From Oikopleura dioica (Eukaryota > Animalia > Chordata), in the NCBI GenBank assembly GCA_907165135.1, contig OU015566.1, positions 5,828,001-5,892,000 on the forward strand: a DNA stretch of 64,000 bases, given 5' to 3'. A program made the position numbers and the translations under genes. The notes beneath the pieces are model-generated. The model saw only the letters and a program-made list of their open reading frames with translations, was not told the DNA's origin and searched no databases. Shown piece by piece: positions 61,940-64,000 of the stretch; the stretch's first letter is position 1, and each line of letters begins with the position of its first letter.

Positions 61940-62426
61940 TTTGACGCGTCCGGTCCGTTCAGTCTACAATTTTAACCATGAGGAAAAAACAGTTCGAGTT
62001 TTCCTTTCCCTGAAATTCCCTTGACCGGCGTAGAAACAGATCTGCGCTCAACTATATGGAGCACTAGAAATTGACTTGTGTCGGGGCCAGGGCTGGTAAA
62101 TTAGCGCACTATTTTCTCTCGAAGAAAAAAAAATTAGCGCACTAATTTTTTTTTAGAGACATTTTCGCGTCTTTCGCGCCTTTAGTGCACTAAAATGACA
62201 CTAATTTTTCCTCTTGGGGAAATTAGTGACTTTTCGAGAGCTGATCAGCACTAAAGACGCGAAAAAAGAGGCTCTTTTTCATCATCCAATAGGCTCTTCC
62301 CGGATGATAGTTTCATGGAAGACGATTTTGATCAGGGAAGAATTTCTTCAAACTGAAACTGCTAGATATATAAAAATCAATGCATCGTAAATATGACACA
62401 ATTAAATTTTTAAAAAAATAACTTAT

Positions 62427-62685
62427 TTAGTAACAAATAAGTTGAAAAGAATAAAAGTCAACTTTTGTTGGAAATTCTTTTTGTCGAGTTAAATGATGAG
62501 CTAAGATAAGCTTTGCTAGGGAGGTCCTCTCCCTAATTTTTTTTATCGCAGGGCCATCCGCAGCTGCATCTTCCTGCTTTTCTTCATTTTTTGCCTTTCT
62601 TCTTCTTGTCGTTGTCCGAAAACTTCTCATCGTTGTCCTCAACAGTCTCTGAAGCTAGAGCAGCCTTGACTGATACGTTCTACTT
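62427..62685 (-). CDS. Possible terminal exon of an upstream gene (charged tail)
   Basis: KAALASETVEDNDEKFSDNDKKKKGKK-like reading after an AG. The frame and end are unclear. Confidence 0.3.
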
Positions 62686-62697
62686 TCGTGGTCTTAA

Positions 62698-63533
62698 GGG
62701 TGTCCCCAACGATTTTTTTAAAACAGGCTATACTTTGAGCTATTTTTTATAGAACTTCCTGAAGGCTTTTCGGCTAAAAGAAATATACTCATTATTATTT
62801 AGACCCTTTTCTATGCCATTAATTTGGCAGAATTTTGAAATTGTAATCTTTTAATCCCCTACCGCTTCTTCAAAGAGTTCTGATTTTTCTATTCTGACCA
62901 ATCTTTGAGATCGTTTTTCTCGAGTTCTACAAATTCAATTTTTAAATTTCGACCAGATCCTGATTCCTTGTACGCTCCTCTATGCCATAAATTTAACGGA
63001 TTTTTAAAATTTATCTGTATGCATCAGATACGATGCATTCTTTGAAGTAACGATTTTGCTGAAGTTTGAGCTCGATTCTAGCGCTGTTCCTGAAATTCAA
63101 TTTTTCTCATTTTTACAGGAATAATAGTTTGATCTATTTTCAATCTCCCGGCACGCTCAGATTTTGCGTTGATAAGACCCTTAATCCCTTTTTCCGGCGC
63201 CAAAGTGCAGGTGTTTGCGACTTTTGGCGCACTGTTTGAAAGTGAAAAATTTGTGCTATCGTATTGATATAGGTATCATTGAATAGAGAATTTTTCGAGC
63301 TCTCAGAAAATATACAGGTCGATATATAAAATCGAAAGTTTGAAAATGACACTTTTTACAGTGCATTTCTATCGAGCCGTAATGCATTAGCGCTGTCATA
63401 GAAACAGTAATATCTCGAGAATCAGATGAGATATTTCAGATCTGAAAAAGCTCTAGAATCAGCTTCCTTTAATTAACTGAAAAAATTTGGTCATCAGACT
63501 AAGATTAGTCGAATCCGATCGTTGGGGACACCC
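62698..63533. mobile_element. 836-bp TTAA-flanked element with a 16-bp TIR (Kolobok-like)
   Basis: TTAA-GGGTGTCCCCAACGAT...ATCGTTGGGGACACCC-TTAA. No transposase ORF. Confidence 0.85.
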
Positions 63534-64000
63534 TTAAGAGCTCTTCTCAGTATCTTTATATAATTCTTTATTCATAGAATCATATTTATTTGATAATTTA
63601 GAAGGGAGGTCTCCTCCTAAATTCACGCTTACTTGATAAGCAGTGTTGGAAAAACCCGCCCACGACCGGAAGAAATTTCTGATTTGGCCCCGCGCCCGCC
63701 CGGGGCCCCGTACGTTGTTAAATTTTCCCCCTTCCTCGCTTTAAATTTAACGGACCCCCATTTTCCGAACTTTTACCTGCATTCACTTTTTTGTCTTACG
63801 ATCAAGTTGTAACTGTTACAGTGATCAGGGGCTCATTTGAAAGCTCGTTTTATAATGACCATATTCTGGCATAATAAGCTGTGTATCTCAATAATTAAGT
63901 ATGCATTAGAGGGCATCAAAGTGATAAATGTTCGCTATTTTTTCTCAGCCCAGTTCCTTGATTTTTTAATTTAAGGAACTTGACGGATCTTCGGGCCGTC

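Noticed and set aside
1-64000. Autonomous transposase, reverse transcriptase, tRNA or rRNA genes
   Set aside because: None was recognised by eye. A covariance or HMM search could still find divergent ones.

Overview
Eukaryotic, gene-dense, AT-rich window with many very short (about 35-50 nt) introns. The gene content and style fit the larvacean tunicate Oikopleura dioica; this is an inference from intron size, a divergent Pax3/7, oikosin-like secreted proteins and an operon-like block. Positions about 3-51 kb hold mostly secreted, surface and glycan-building genes: MGAT4-like, GCNT (GT14), a minimal chitin synthase, an alpha-1,3-fucosyltransferase, two astacin mosaics, a CUB protein, a Ly6/uPAR-like pair, kelch-like and lectin-like proteins sharing one Cys-rich module, a lipase, a CYP, an EGF-repeat protein and an intronless Pax3/7. 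Positions 52-62 kb are a same-strand (minus) run: RPS6, URM1, an RGG-rich protein, GGACT, an adaptin-N-like gene and PINCH. Many non-autonomous DNA transposons with readable TIRs and TSDs are present, and no transposase was recognised. The most notable observations are a TAATG stop/start overlap between GGACT and the next gene, MITEs inserted inside the GCNT and chitin synthase coding sequences, a transposon terminus at a GCNT splice acceptor, and a membrane/secreted Ly6 paralog pair. Exon boundaries were read by eye and are unverified without RNA data.
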